Shown here in pieces: positions 11,301 to 22,906 of a stretch of DNA of 64,000 bases. The DNA comes from Ostreococcus lucimarinus (Eukaryota), in assembly GCA_000092065.1 (NCBI GenBank), contig CP000581.1; one strand, 5' to 3'. The stretch's first letter is position 1. Each line of letters starts with the position of its first letter. The notes beneath the pieces are model-generated. The model worked only from the letters and a program-made list of their open reading frames with translations. It was not told the origin of the DNA and did not search any database. A program made the position numbers and the translations under genes.

Positions 11301-11713
11301 ATGCTCACCGCATTTTCGCTACGGTTGCAATTCTTGTTAAATTTCTTCACCGCCTTGACGACGGCGGTATAATTCAACACCACAAACTCTCTCAACTCGC
11401 TCAACTCGGGATAAAACTCGCGCACGAGCGTCTTCTTCGCCCTTCGCAACGCCGTCGCGTCCACGCTATCGCTCCGAATGTCCGTCTCCAGCGCATCCAA
11501 CCTCTCCCTCAGCGCGCGCTCTTTCGTCGCGTAGAACCCATTCGCCTTGACGATCTCATCTCGCAGCGCGTTCAAAAACCTCCGCGCGCCCTCCTCGCCG
11601 TCCGCCCCGTCCTTGGCCTCGTACACCACCCTCTTCAGCGCGCGATAATCGATGTAATGCGCCGCCCACGACGGGAACGCCTCGCTCTCGAGCCTTCGCG
11701 CGAACTTCACCAT
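8318..11713 (-). CDS. Multidomain SPX-RING-phosphodiesterase protein. Order: N-terminal SPX domain, C3HC4 RING finger, type-I phosphodiesterase/nucleotide pyrophosphatase (alkaline-phosphatase superfamily) domain, glycerophosphodiester phosphodiesterase (GDPD) domain, low-complexity C-terminus.
   Basis: 1131-aa ORF from the ATG at 11713. SPX: MVKFARRLESEAFPSWAAHYIDYRALKRVV...LNYTAVVKAVKKFNKN. RING: CPVCEEVLSNPVVLPTCRHKFCFKCI...CPVCRAKEDRK. NPP-like: RKVLLVAVAGCRVDAML...TPTLKSF...DMLLLHLGDIQNTGFRHGFGPHVDTYMDAIESADRKLAEVIAAL...DTDIAPTILDHFGV. GDPD: IGHRGLQANRASGAGIRENTLASFNAA...EFDVQVTADGVPVAWHDD...LGFNIELKF...VFSSFDPDAA. Confidence 0.8.
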   Translation of the reverse strand: MVKFARRLESEAFPSWAAHYIDYRALKRVVYEAKDGADGEEGARRFLNALRDEIVKANGFYATKERALRERLDALETDIRSDSVDATALRRAKKTLVREFYPELSELREFVVLNYTAVVKAVKKFNKNCNRSENAVSILSESPMFYSLGLAKLVTRTEMLAVHAAPTKSAKVLEDSICPVCEEVLSNPVVLPTCRHKFCFKCIINSAPSASTPLITTASVTNLNDIANLAETGSPIMKTPASKVALFPGRCPVCRAKEDRKIDGRMFKPDSNLDELIRNFNDRDLDTDADELDADMLMTPAAAGSASDESASDVQPEHPVPTLRKVLLVAVAGCRVDAMLTANTPTLKSFIRGNKNACFSLDMNASAMRCSTSANSPMLPILTGQSVSVLKAIDEDEDATLSSIYDRLKETRSWIKGACAIGEAEDLDKIIRKETKSLLASSVSTDAEASEAIAKCLAEPTTPDMLLLHLGDIQNTGFRHGFGPHVDTYMDAIESADRKLAEVIAALRARQSMHREEDWLVVITSPSGGTCRHDMPAGMQGQFDAYDWSDGGGRQLRSNGVSGLLELPQHSAGWVLIESGPRVEMSGELLPSPCDTDIAPTILDHFGVATRREWAMDGEDMLAFRRREAQAKDPTLNSRLKNTKKGFEQRRVSHPIIGSTPFPSHLPGLFEPAGCAVIGHRGLQANRASGAGIRENTLASFNAASAGGAEWCEFDVQVTADGVPVAWHDDVVIIRRGLGPLESFSVREIDWADLRELSRAARATAARASNALGVEKTVPLTTDDEDDEDDDDYDEDDNKVTFYRVFGGDLEPQPWVMEVEDEIPTLAQILGNTPKELGFNIELKFDEENSCETRRLVAELRAILAVCMAQPSRRIVFSSFDPDAALLMRAIQGSYPVMILTDAEPHHVDPRRRSVAAAMEVALEGGLCGVVSNVKAIISRPSDATDVRDSGLLLATYGEGNDDVAASSTQVELGVFGIITDAVPAVAKKFNATTVNPGNLAPALAPLVSPSVDAASAAAKLGKLELDMVMRSNWYRLSDEGQQSVVNTDGSANSSRPSSPKYRPRRDSYEDAASDNADAFERPASPDSFQVHKVRNNDKWTGFPQFQRGRRERKPSPLTSLQPVTVKTLLP

Positions 11714-11811
11714 CCCTCTCGCCGAGCGCCGTCGTCCCTCGCGTCGTCGTCCTCGCGCGCGCGCTCAAAACGCGTCGCCGCGCGTCCCTCGAACGTTCGT
11801 CCTCGCCGTCG

Positions 11812-11870
11812 TCCCGTCGCCGTCGCGTCGCGTCGCGTCGCGCGTCGCGTCGCGTCGCGCGTCGCCGCGC
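11812..11870. repeat. Simple tandem repeat (CGTCGCG)n in the intergenic region upstream of the SPX gene.
   Basis: gtcgcgtcgcgtcgcgtcgcgcgtcgcgtcgcgtcgcgcgtcgcc. A mirrored (GTCGCGAC)n run lies at ~12055..12095. Confidence 0.6.
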
Positions 11871-12210
11871 CGTCGTCCGAGCCTCCGCGCGCGCGCGCGT
11901 TCGCCCGCGCGACGCGCGCGCGTCGCGTCCGCGTCTGCCGCGCGCGACGCGCGACGGTCGTCGCGCCCACGGCGCATGTGCCGTCCCGCGCGAACTCGTA
12001 CATGTGCGCTGACTGTTTACGCACACGCGACCGACCGCACGACCGCGCGGATTTTCCACGCGGCGTCGCGACGTCGCGACGTCGCGACGCCGGCGCGCAG
12101 ACGAGGGACGGCGCGACGACGCGACGGGACGACGACGACGGCGATGACGACGACGGCGACGACACGGCGCGAGGGACGACGACGGGCGCGGACGCACGAC
12201 GCGGACGCGG

Positions 12211-12513
12211 ATGGATGGCGCGGACGCGGATGACGCGGATGGCTCGAAAGATGCGAAATCGATGGTGATGGACGACGTCGGGGGGTGTCGCGCGGTGAGA
12301 GCGAAGGAGATTCTCGAGGCGAGCGGGTTTAAGCGCGTCGTCATCGTGCGAGGCGGCGCGAACGCGTGGAAGAGCGCGTGGGATTCGAACACGCGTCGCC
12401 GACAGCTTCCGGGCTCGTTCAGTCGCGGGTTCGACAATCCCATGTTTGCCGACAGTAACGTCGTCGCGGAAGAGTTCGGGGCGTCATCGGATGACACCGT
12501 GTGGATCGTGTGA
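12211..12513 (+). CDS. Rhodanese-like domain, C-terminal half only. Possibly a terminal exon of a gene whose 5' exons were not found.
   Basis: MDGADADD...VGGCRAVRAKEILEASGFKRVVIVRGGANAWKSAW matches the active-site-Cys loop and C-terminal helix of single-domain rhodaneses (CRSGxRS...GGxxAW). The first half of the domain is missing and the frame closes upstream at ~12142. Confidence 0.3.
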   Translation: MDGADADDADGSKDAKSMVMDDVGGCRAVRAKEILEASGFKRVVIVRGGANAWKSAWDSNTRRRQLPGSFSRGFDNPMFADSNVVAEEFGASSDDTVWIV

Positions 12514-12577
12514 ACGGTTCGCTAGACGCTACATTTTCTAATGCTAACGTTAGTACAATTTCTAGTCGCGCGAAACG

Positions 12578-14017
12578 CTACGAGACTTGCGAAAACCCGA
12601 GATCGTTGAGCTCTTCCCAAACGCTTTCAAACGGATCGTCGTCCAGAACGCGCGAAGATTCGCCGGCGCGCCGCGCGAAGGCGTCGTTTTTCTTCGATGC
12701 CGCGCCTTTGTTCTGCCCGCCAGACACCGGCGCCGGGGACGCCGCGGCGAGGAACGACGGTCGCGCCGAAACTCTAGGATCAACGAAGACGCGACGCTCG
12801 AGCTCGCGAGCAGTCTCGGCAGCTGATGCGGCGGCGCCACCACCGCCCTGAGCGTACTCTTCGTTTGTCGCCAGCGCGGCGCGGATGGCTTTCGCGGCGG
12901 CGAGCGCGGAGTCTGAAGCGCGATCGTCGCTCGTCGCCGTCGATTCGGCGTCGTCCTCCGCGGCCGGGGCGACGACTTTACGACCGACGAGGTCGAGTGT
13001 CCACGTCGTTCGTGCCTTACGCTTAGCTTCCTCCTCAGCCTCAGCCATTTCCTTCGCCTGCCTCTTTAGCTCTTCGCGTTCGGTCTCATCGAGCCAGGCG
13101 TTACCGTCGATTTCGTACCACTCGGACTGGTCGTCGATCACCGTCGTGCGCTTGGCGCTCGTTTGGTCGAAATGTACCAAACGATCTTTCGCCGCAACCG
13201 CCGCGGCGGTGGCCGCATCACCATCCGCCCGAGCGTCACTCGTGACTGTTCCCAAAGAAATTTTGCTCAGCTCTTCGAACACGTCTCGCGCCGCCGCCTC
13301 AGCTGTCGGCTTCGCGCCGCCGTCTCCCGCGTCCCCGCCGCGAAATCGCGTCACGCCGTCCGCGAGCATCACTTCCACGTACGCCCCACAAAACGTACAC
13401 CGCGCGCTACCCTCTAAAAATGCGAGCGCCGTTTGCGAAAGTACGCCGTCTTTCGCGCGTAAATCAAAAATTTTCCCGCACGCCAGACAGTTTACGCACG
13501 ACTTGGCCAAGTCCCCGGGCGCGAGCTCGTCCCCCGGTCGAATCGCGCGCTCACCTCGCGACGGCCCGCGCCGCGCTTTCAAAGGCTTTTCGACGAATCG
13601 CAGCGCCTTCGATTCCCGAGCGTGCGCGCGCTCGCGCGACGACTTGCCCGCTTTCGCGTTCGCGCCGGCGCCGTCTCGACTCGCCGCCGCCGTCGTCGTC
13701 GTCGTCGTCCCCACCGTCGCCCCATCGCCCGCTCGCGCGTCGTCGTCGCGCGTCGACCCGCTCGCGAACGCCGGCTCGCGCGCGCGCCCCCCCGCCGCGC
13801 CCTCGGGCGCGCGCGGCGCCCACGCGTCCGCGAGCGTCTCCATGGTTTCGCCGTCGAGCTCGCCCAAAAACGACCCGAGCGTCTCGCGCACGCCCGCGCG
13901 ATCGCCCCGCAAGCCGTCGAGCGACGCGCACACGCCCTCGAGCATCCACTCCTCCGCGTCGGCGTACGCTTCGCGCAGCGCGGCGAGCTCGGCGGACGAC
14001 ATGCTCGCGAGCGGCAT
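12578..14017 (-). CDS. Activating signal cointegrator 1 (ASC-1/TRIP4)-like zinc-finger protein, without an evident ASCH domain.
   Basis: SCVNCLACGKIFDLRAKDG...ARCTFCGAYV resembles the zf-C2HC5 finger. The downstream block VIDDQSEWYEIDGNAWLDETEREELKRQAKEMAEAEEEAKRKARTTWTLDLVGRKVV resembles the conserved post-finger region of TRIP4. The start is uncertain (ATG 14017 or 14002). Confidence 0.45.
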   Translation of the reverse strand: MPLASMSSAELAALREAYADAEEWMLEGVCASLDGLRGDRAGVRETLGSFLGELDGETMETLADAWAPRAPEGAAGGRAREPAFASGSTRDDDARAGDGATVGTTTTTTAAASRDGAGANAKAGKSSRERAHARESKALRFVEKPLKARRGPSRGERAIRPGDELAPGDLAKSCVNCLACGKIFDLRAKDGVLSQTALAFLEGSARCTFCGAYVEVMLADGVTRFRGGDAGDGGAKPTAEAAARDVFEELSKISLGTVTSDARADGDAATAAAVAAKDRLVHFDQTSAKRTTVIDDQSEWYEIDGNAWLDETEREELKRQAKEMAEAEEEAKRKARTTWTLDLVGRKVVAPAAEDDAESTATSDDRASDSALAAAKAIRAALATNEEYAQGGGGAAASAAETARELERRVFVDPRVSARPSFLAAASPAPVSGGQNKGAASKKNDAFARRAGESSRVLDDDPFESVWEELNDLGFSQVS

Positions 14018-14028
14018 AGACTGACGCG

Positions 14029-14844
14029 ATGCCGCGCGACGACGCGAAAGAAAACGTCGGCGTCGTCGACGCGGACGTCAGGGCGAACGCCAAGGCGCTG
14101 AACGCCGCGCGCGCGGACGCCGTGGCGCTGGCGACGGAGCTCGGCGCGACGGTCGAACGCAATCAAACGCTCGAGCGTTTGGCGCGCGAATTGCGACGAC
14201 GAAACGAAGAGCTCGAGCGCGCGAACGCGACGCTGGTGAAAACCATCGATGATGATTTAGTCGCCGTGCGCGAACGAGCGGAGGCGCAGGACGCGATGCG
14301 CGAGCGGGCGGTGTCCGAGCTCGCGCTGTACGAAGAGAGACAAAGTCTTTTGGAGACGAGTTGCGCGACGCACGAGCAGCGCGCGGCGCGGACGATGGAA
14401 GCGATGGCGAAGATGGAGGAACTGTGCGACGCGAGGGTGAAGATTATGGAAGAGCGCCAGCGCGCTCTGGAGCTGGAGCTGGAGGAGGCGCGAGTGGAGA
14501 TTGCGAAGCGACTCGAACGCGAAATAGAGCTGACGAAGGAGTTGAAGACGTTCGGTGACAAATTTGACGAGTTCCGAGAGGCGGTGAAGACGAACGAGTC
14601 GACGTATGACACTCTTCACGAGGAACTGGCACGGGCGAGGAACGAAGCGCTCTCGATTGAGAAGGCGAAGTTGGAGGCGCAGTTGATGAAGAAAAAATCA
14701 GACGCGGCGTTGATCGAACTCGTCGAAGAGCGCAACGCGCTGCGAGACAGAGTGGTTCGCTTAGAGAAACAGAATACTAGCTTAGAGGGATTGTCGCGAT
14801 CGTTGACTGAGCGTCTGAAAGTTGACGAAGAAGCGCGCGGGTGA
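14029..14844 (+). CDS. Coiled-coil protein of unknown function.
   Basis: 271-aa ORF with an uninterrupted heptad pattern (ERLARELRRRNEELERANATL...LELELEEARVEIAKRLEREIELTKELK...). Its ATG lies only 11 bp from the divergent ASC-1-like ATG, so one of the two starts is probably internal. Confidence 0.4.
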   Translation: MPRDDAKENVGVVDADVRANAKALNAARADAVALATELGATVERNQTLERLARELRRRNEELERANATLVKTIDDDLVAVRERAEAQDAMRERAVSELALYEERQSLLETSCATHEQRAARTMEAMAKMEELCDARVKIMEERQRALELELEEARVEIAKRLEREIELTKELKTFGDKFDEFREAVKTNESTYDTLHEELARARNEALSIEKAKLEAQLMKKKSDAALIELVEERNALRDRVVRLEKQNTSLEGLSRSLTERLKVDEEARG

Positions 14845-15059
14845 CGAGAAGGGGATTTGTATTTTTATAACAAACGCTGCTGCACTATTTGAACAAGCGA
14901 GCGCGCCCGCGCGACTTATTTTTGTACGATCTACTACCGCTCTTCCCAACGAACCTACGGATCCTTCGATCGTGGAGCATCCTTCTTTAAACACTCGCCG
15001 TTTGATATAGATGAACACGCGACGGGTCTTGGTAACGACGACGAGGGCACAGCCGGCGC

Positions 15060-17821
<2,762 letters not shown>

Positions 17822-17903
17822 TTGACGCGCGCGCATTAGCTATCGATGTGTGTCAATGTATGACAGAAATTCGTATTAACATGCCGTTAAAGACGTTCGC
17901 CGC

Positions 17904-20267
17904 CTACTTAGCCGAGACCCCCCACGACGCCTTCTTGCCGTCCGGAATGCTGAGCAAAACCATGGGCGTGTCCATGTTCACGTACACGCGATCGACGACG
18001 TAATAGCCCTTGCGTTCGATTTGAATGACGGTACCTCTGTTGTAAGCGCGCAAGTTTCCATCACCCTTCGCCATCGTGACGACCTCGGTGGTCGGGTTGA
18101 CGATGTCCTTGAACTCGTCAGACTCTTCTGGTTTTTTCTTCGTAATCATGTAGTCATAGTCCTTCAACTCGACCGGCACGAGCTCGTTCCAGTTCGCCAA
18201 CCAAGTCATCTTTAACTTGGTCGTCTTCACGTCGCCTTCCGGATTGATTTCGCAATCCATGGATTTTACGACGTCGCCCTCCTTGACGATGTTTTTGAAA
18301 AACGCGTTGCCCCAGCCCATCAACGTGCACTCCTCGCCCTCGCTAATGGCGCGCGCATCGGCTTGCTCGATGATGACTTCGTTCATGCGCAACACGACCT
18401 TGATGCCCAAATCTGGGTTCTTTTTGTGTTTCGGAGTCGTGAACCATTCTTCTCCCTCGGGTCCGTTGAGCACCTTGACGACTACGGCGTCGGCGTTGTC
18501 GATGCACACGTGGCGCGGGGCGATCGGATCGATGATCTTCTTATTCATCGCCCAGATTTTTGTCCACTCCATCAGGTTGTTATTCTTACTCGCACCCTGC
18601 GAAAGCATGAACTCCTTGAGCGCTTCGACTTGCATACCTCGACGAACGACGCCTTGCACCGTCGGGAAACGCGGATCGTCCCATCCAGTCGCGTGCTTGT
18701 TATCGACGAACCACTGAAGCTTACGCTTGGACAACGTGGTGTACTCCAAGTTCAATCGACTGTACTCCCAAATGTGCACCTTGCGCATTCCCATCGCTTC
18801 TTGAATCCACTTGTACTGATCTTCGCGATCGGCGTACTCTGAGGTGCGAAGCGCGTGCGTCACGCCTTCGTGCGCATCGACGAAAGGGCACGCGCAGTCA
18901 TAGGTCGGATAGACCTTATATTTCGTTCCCGTACGGTGATGCGGGGTCTCGACGTTGCATCTGAAAGCGACGGGATCGCGCATGCAGCCATTGTTGCTGG
19001 ACATGTCGATTTTGAAGCGCGCGGCGCACTCCGCGCCCTCCTTGGAGCCCGCCTTCATCTCCTTCCAAAGTCGCAAGTTTTCCTCGACGCTCTGGCTTCT
19101 GCACTTGGACTCGATCTTCTGCATACGCTCCGTACGCATGGTGTCGACGTCCGTGGTATCGATGTACATCTTGCCCTCTTTGATGAGTTTTTCGCCCATC
19201 TTGAGAATGGCGTCGAAGGAGTCTGACGTGTACGTGACGACGTCCGGATCCAGACCCAAAGTCGCGATGTCGCGCATGATACCATCGACAAAGTCGACGT
19301 TCTCTTTGTCCGGATTCGTGTCGTCGAAACGAACTATGAGCTTACCTTTGTATCGTCGAGCGAAGTAATGGTTGAGCAGCGCCGCCTTGGCGTGGCCAAT
19401 GTGCAAAATTCCGCTCGGTTCCGGGGGAAATCTCGTGACGACTTTCCCCTCCTCCGCTCCCGGAAGATCGACCTCGAACGAACCTGATGTCTTTGCACCG
19501 ACAACCTTACCGGTATCCGACACCGTCGTCGCCTTCTTGCTGAGAATCGGATTCCCCGCGTTTGCCGCAGCCACGACCGCTTGCGTTTCGGCGTCCGCGT
19601 TCATCGTAGCCAACCATCTCGCGAGGTTCCCGCACTTCCCTTTCTTCTCCACCACCGCCCACTGTCGATTCGTCGTAAACTCCGCCCAAAGCGCCAAATC
19701 CGCGAGCGTCACGTCGTGCCCGACGAGATACGTCCGCGTGGCGAGGTATTCGTTCACGCCCTCGCACTGCTTCTCGAACCCGCCCCCGGGCGCCAAGCTT
19801 CGGCATCTCGTCAGCCACTCAAACACCTCCTCCCGCGCCGCCGATCCCGCGCCGAGCAACCCCGTGCCCTCGCACGCGTCCTCCAACGCCTCCAACGCGT
19901 CGATCGCGCCCGAGACGTCCACTTTCCCATCCTTCGTCGTCGTCCGCGCCTCCGCCGGCGCCGTCTTGACCTGCTCGCCGCACGTCGTCTTCACCCCGAT
20001 CTTCGCGCACGCCGCCAGAAACGCCAGCGGCGCCCCGAACGGTCGGAACGCGACGTCCACGTCCGAGTTCGCCGCGATCTGCGTCGCTCGCTTCGTTCGC
20101 GTCGCGATCGTCAAGGTTTCGACGCGCTCCGCCGCGTCCGCCGCCGCATCCATCGCGCGCGCCGTCGTCGCGTCCGTCGCGTCCGTCGCGTCCGTCGCGC
20201 GCGCCGTCGTCGCGGTCGCGTCCGCGGTCGCGTCCGCGGTCGCGGGCTTGGACTCTTCGCCGCCCAT
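17904..20267 (-). CDS. Cytosolic glutamyl-tRNA synthetase (class I) with an N-terminal GST-C-like domain.
   Basis: ATG at ~20267 (MGGEESKP...). PEPSGILHIGHAKAALLNHYFARRYKGKLIVRFDDTNPDKE (HIGH region; AALLN and KGKLI.RFDDTNP are GluRS-like rather than GlnRS-like). KMSKS-type LSKRKL. C-terminal GTVIQIERKGYYVVD. N-terminal GST-C-like LADLALWAEF... Confidence 0.85.
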   Translation of the reverse strand: MGGEESKPATADATADATATTARATDATDATDATTARAMDAAADAAERVETLTIATRTKRATQIAANSDVDVAFRPFGAPLAFLAACAKIGVKTTCGEQVKTAPAEARTTTKDGKVDVSGAIDALEALEDACEGTGLLGAGSAAREEVFEWLTRCRSLAPGGGFEKQCEGVNEYLATRTYLVGHDVTLADLALWAEFTTNRQWAVVEKKGKCGNLARWLATMNADAETQAVVAAANAGNPILSKKATTVSDTGKVVGAKTSGSFEVDLPGAEEGKVVTRFPPEPSGILHIGHAKAALLNHYFARRYKGKLIVRFDDTNPDKENVDFVDGIMRDIATLGLDPDVVTYTSDSFDAILKMGEKLIKEGKMYIDTTDVDTMRTERMQKIESKCRSQSVEENLRLWKEMKAGSKEGAECAARFKIDMSSNNGCMRDPVAFRCNVETPHHRTGTKYKVYPTYDCACPFVDAHEGVTHALRTSEYADREDQYKWIQEAMGMRKVHIWEYSRLNLEYTTLSKRKLQWFVDNKHATGWDDPRFPTVQGVVRRGMQVEALKEFMLSQGASKNNNLMEWTKIWAMNKKIIDPIAPRHVCIDNADAVVVKVLNGPEGEEWFTTPKHKKNPDLGIKVVLRMNEVIIEQADARAISEGEECTLMGWGNAFFKNIVKEGDVVKSMDCEINPEGDVKTTKLKMTWLANWNELVPVELKDYDYMITKKKPEESDEFKDIVNPTTEVVTMAKGDGNLRAYNRGTVIQIERKGYYVVDRVYVNMDTPMVLLSIPDGKKASWGVSAK
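20160..20245. repeat. Coding tandem repeat (CGTCGCGTC / GTCGCGTCCGCG units) inside the GluRS N-terminal region.
   Basis: ccgtcgtcgcgtccgtcgcgtccgtcgcgtccgtcgcg...gcggtcgcgtccgcggtcgcgtccgcggtcgcg, translating on the minus strand to ADATADATATTARATDATDATDATTARA. Confidence 0.5.
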
Positions 20268-20353
20268 GTCGCGCGCGCGGCGTCGCGTCGCGTCGGCGCG
20301 TCGCGAAGTCGCGATCGACGCGACGCGACGCCGCGTTCGCACACGCGCGCGCG

Positions 20354-21529
20354 ATGGCGCGGGCGACGACGCGCGCGCGGGCGACGACGCGCGCGTCGCC
20401 GCGCGCGCGATCGACGCGCGTCCGCGCGCGACGGCGGCCGGCGCCGGCGCGCGCGCGGGCGACGAAGGATGATTTCGCCGCTCGAGATAGCGCTGGGACG
20501 ACGACGACGACGACGACGGACGACGGCGCGCGGTGCGATTGCTCTTACGCGTGGCGCGGACACGACGTGCGGTACGAACGCGCGGGACGCGCGGACAGCG
20601 CGAAGCACGTCGTGCTGCTGCCGGGGTTCGGCGTCGGGTCGTTTCACTACGACGCGCAGTTGGCGCGAGGCGCGCTCGGCGACGACGCGTGCGTGTGGGC
20701 GCTGGATTTCGTCGGACAAGGACGGTCGTGGCCGAGCGAGGCTGGTGACGTGGAGGGGTTTCAGTACTCCGTGGACGCGTGGCGGGAGCAGGTGGAGTAT
20801 TTCTTGAGCGAGGTGGTGGGCGAGCGAGCGTACTTGACGGGAAACTCGCTCGGCGGATTCGTGGCGACGTACGTCGCGGCCATGGCGCCCGAGCTGACGA
20901 AAGGGTTGATTTTAGTAAACGCGACGCCGTTTTGGGCGTTCGTGCCGAGCGATCCCAACGCGTGGGGAAGTAAGATCGCGCCTTGGCGAGGCGCGCTGCC
21001 GGCGCCGAAATGGATTCGCACGCCGATTAAAGCGTATTGGGAAAGCTTTCGAAGCGCGGCCAACGTGCGAGGATTACTTTCACTCGTCTACGCAAATTCC
21101 GCGCGAATCGACGACACGCTCGTTCGTCAAATCATCGAACCTACGGATAACGTTCACGCGCTGAGCACGTTTTGCTCCGTCGTGTGGTCGCCGAAAGCCG
21201 CGTTGAGCTTCGACGAAATGTTGAATCGAATTCCCGCCGATCTCCCGGTAGCCATGGTGTACGGAAAAGACGACCCGTGGGTCGTGCCGCTCTGGGGACA
21301 ACGATTAAAGCGCGTGATCCCTCGCGCCGATTATTACGAGCTCACGCCCAGCGGACACTGTCCGGCGCACGAAACGCCCGACGCGTTCAACTGCATCGTG
21401 AAATCTTACTTGGCGCATCGCGAAGACGGCGCCGAGCGCCCGACGCAATCGTCGTGTGGCACCGCCAAACTCATCGACGGCGCGCCCAGAAACATATTCG
21501 AACGCCTGGACGCCATGCGCGCCGCGTGA
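20354..21529 (+). CDS. Chloroplast-type alpha/beta hydrolase of the pheophytinase (PPH/CLD1)-like family.
   Basis: Transit-peptide-like N-terminus. VVLLPGFGVGSFHYDAQL...VWALDFVGQGRSWP matches the PPH signature (LPGFGVGSFHYEKQL...VWAIDFLGQG). Nucleophile elbow GNSLGG. Confidence 0.75.
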   Translation: MARATTRARATTRASPRARSTRVRARRRPAPARARATKDDFAARDSAGTTTTTTTDDGARCDCSYAWRGHDVRYERAGRADSAKHVVLLPGFGVGSFHYDAQLARGALGDDACVWALDFVGQGRSWPSEAGDVEGFQYSVDAWREQVEYFLSEVVGERAYLTGNSLGGFVATYVAAMAPELTKGLILVNATPFWAFVPSDPNAWGSKIAPWRGALPAPKWIRTPIKAYWESFRSAANVRGLLSLVYANSARIDDTLVRQIIEPTDNVHALSTFCSVVWSPKAALSFDEMLNRIPADLPVAMVYGKDDPWVVPLWGQRLKRVIPRADYYELTPSGHCPAHETPDAFNCIVKSYLAHREDGAERPTQSSCGTAKLIDGAPRNIFERLDAMRAA

Positions 21530-21604
21530 CGCGACGACTAGTCACATCTGTAACTGTATTCCGAGCCCGCGCCCAGTCGACGCCACTGCGCGCCTCCTCG
21601 CGCG

Positions 21605-22906
21605 ATGCGCGACGCGCGCGCGAGCGCCTCGACGTCCGCCGCCGTTATTCGAATCACCGCGGACGACGTCGCGCACTACGCCTACGCGCGCGAGGGCAAC
21701 GCCCACGTCGTGTTTCGTTACACCGGCCCGCGTCCCGAGCTTCGCGGCGCGCTGCTGCGCCTGTTAAAGACTCCCGCGGGCGCCCGCGGCGATCGCGCGT
21801 GGCGGTGTCACACCGTGGACGCGCTGGTGTGGGGCGCCGACCGCGATGAGGCGTCGTGGACGACGCTCGACGCGGCGGCGCGGGACGCGTTCTTCGCGAA
21901 CGCGCCGACGACGTCGGGACGCGCGGGATGGCGGGACGATCGGGCGGTCGTGCGCGTGGACGGCGACGCTTTGAATGCGTTGGCGCTGAAGACGACGCGC
22001 GATGCGGCGCACGAGACGGCGAGGGCGGAAGGTCGCGATGGACGCGTCGCAAACGCGGCGGAGGCGTTCGGGCAACTGTCGGAGGTCGCGGCGGAGACGA
22101 GCCGCGTCTTTGAGGACGACGTCGAGAACGCATGGGTGATTGAGATCAAGCCGAAATCGTTCGTCGGGGCCATCGTCAACGGGAGACGCGCGTGGAGATT
22201 TCCGGCACATCAGCGGTTGAAAGTCGCGCGCGGCGAGCGCGAGGCGGCGAGCTCGTACGTTCCGGTGGATTTATTGGGTGGAGACGCGGATGTTCGCCGC
22301 GCGTGCGAAGCGTTGATGGCGTGTCCGCAGAACAATCTGCGAGTCACGCGTGGTGCGCGTGTGTTCGTCGACGCGCGAGGTGTAACCGCCGACGCAGATG
22401 TTGTGTCCACGCTTTCTCGCGTACTCCCAAATCTTGTCATGAACGCGAGAGAAGTGTTCGAGTTTATATTTCACCACCAATTACGAGGCGGAGATGACGC
22501 CGTGAAGACATATCGTGACGTCCACGAATTATGCGAGCGACTGAATGCCACGCGCCAACGCGCTGGTGAGGTATCGGAAGATTTACTCGAGCGCTTACGC
22601 TCATTCGTGCTCGGTCAAATGGCGAAAGATTGCAGCGTGCTCTTCACCGTGACGTTTGATGTCAATGTTTCGGATATTGAATCGAGGGACGACGACTTGG
22701 TACGATTCGCGACCTTCGTCGACGCCGATGGAGCGACGCGCGCGTGTGCATATCGTGCACAAATCATCGACGCCTCATTAAAGTCCCTCGCGAAGACGTC
22801 CGCGTGGCTTCGCCTCGCCGAAGACATCGACGCCTCGTGCGTCGCCGACGCCGACGCCGACGACTCACGTCGCGATTTCGTCAACGCGCTGTTCGCTTCG
22901 ACATAG
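21605..22906 (+). CDS. IPK1: Inositol-pentakisphosphate 2-kinase (IPK1; InsP5 2-kinase).
   Basis: AYAREGNAHVVFRYTG (EGxANxV N-lobe motif), WVIEIKPKSFVG (EIKPK), ALMACPQNNLRVTRG (PQNNFRV), AKDCSVLFTVTF (AKDCS). All are hallmark IPK1 blocks. Confidence 0.8.
   Translation: MRDARASASTSAAVIRITADDVAHYAYAREGNAHVVFRYTGPRPELRGALLRLLKTPAGARGDRAWRCHTVDALVWGADRDEASWTTLDAAARDAFFANAPTTSGRAGWRDDRAVVRVDGDALNALALKTTRDAAHETARAEGRDGRVANAAEAFGQLSEVAAETSRVFEDDVENAWVIEIKPKSFVGAIVNGRRAWRFPAHQRLKVARGEREAASSYVPVDLLGGDADVRRACEALMACPQNNLRVTRGARVFVDARGVTADADVVSTLSRVLPNLVMNAREVFEFIFHHQLRGGDDAVKTYRDVHELCERLNATRQRAGEVSEDLLERLRSFVLGQMAKDCSVLFTVTFDVNVSDIESRDDDLVRFATFVDADGATRACAYRAQIIDASLKSLAKTSAWLRLAEDIDASCVADADADDSRRDFVNALFAST

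Noticed and set aside
12377-12392. tRNA-like T-arm reverse complement GGGATTCGAACACGCG.
   Set aside because: No matching acceptor or anticodon stems can be formed around it. It lies inside the rhodanese-like coding frame.
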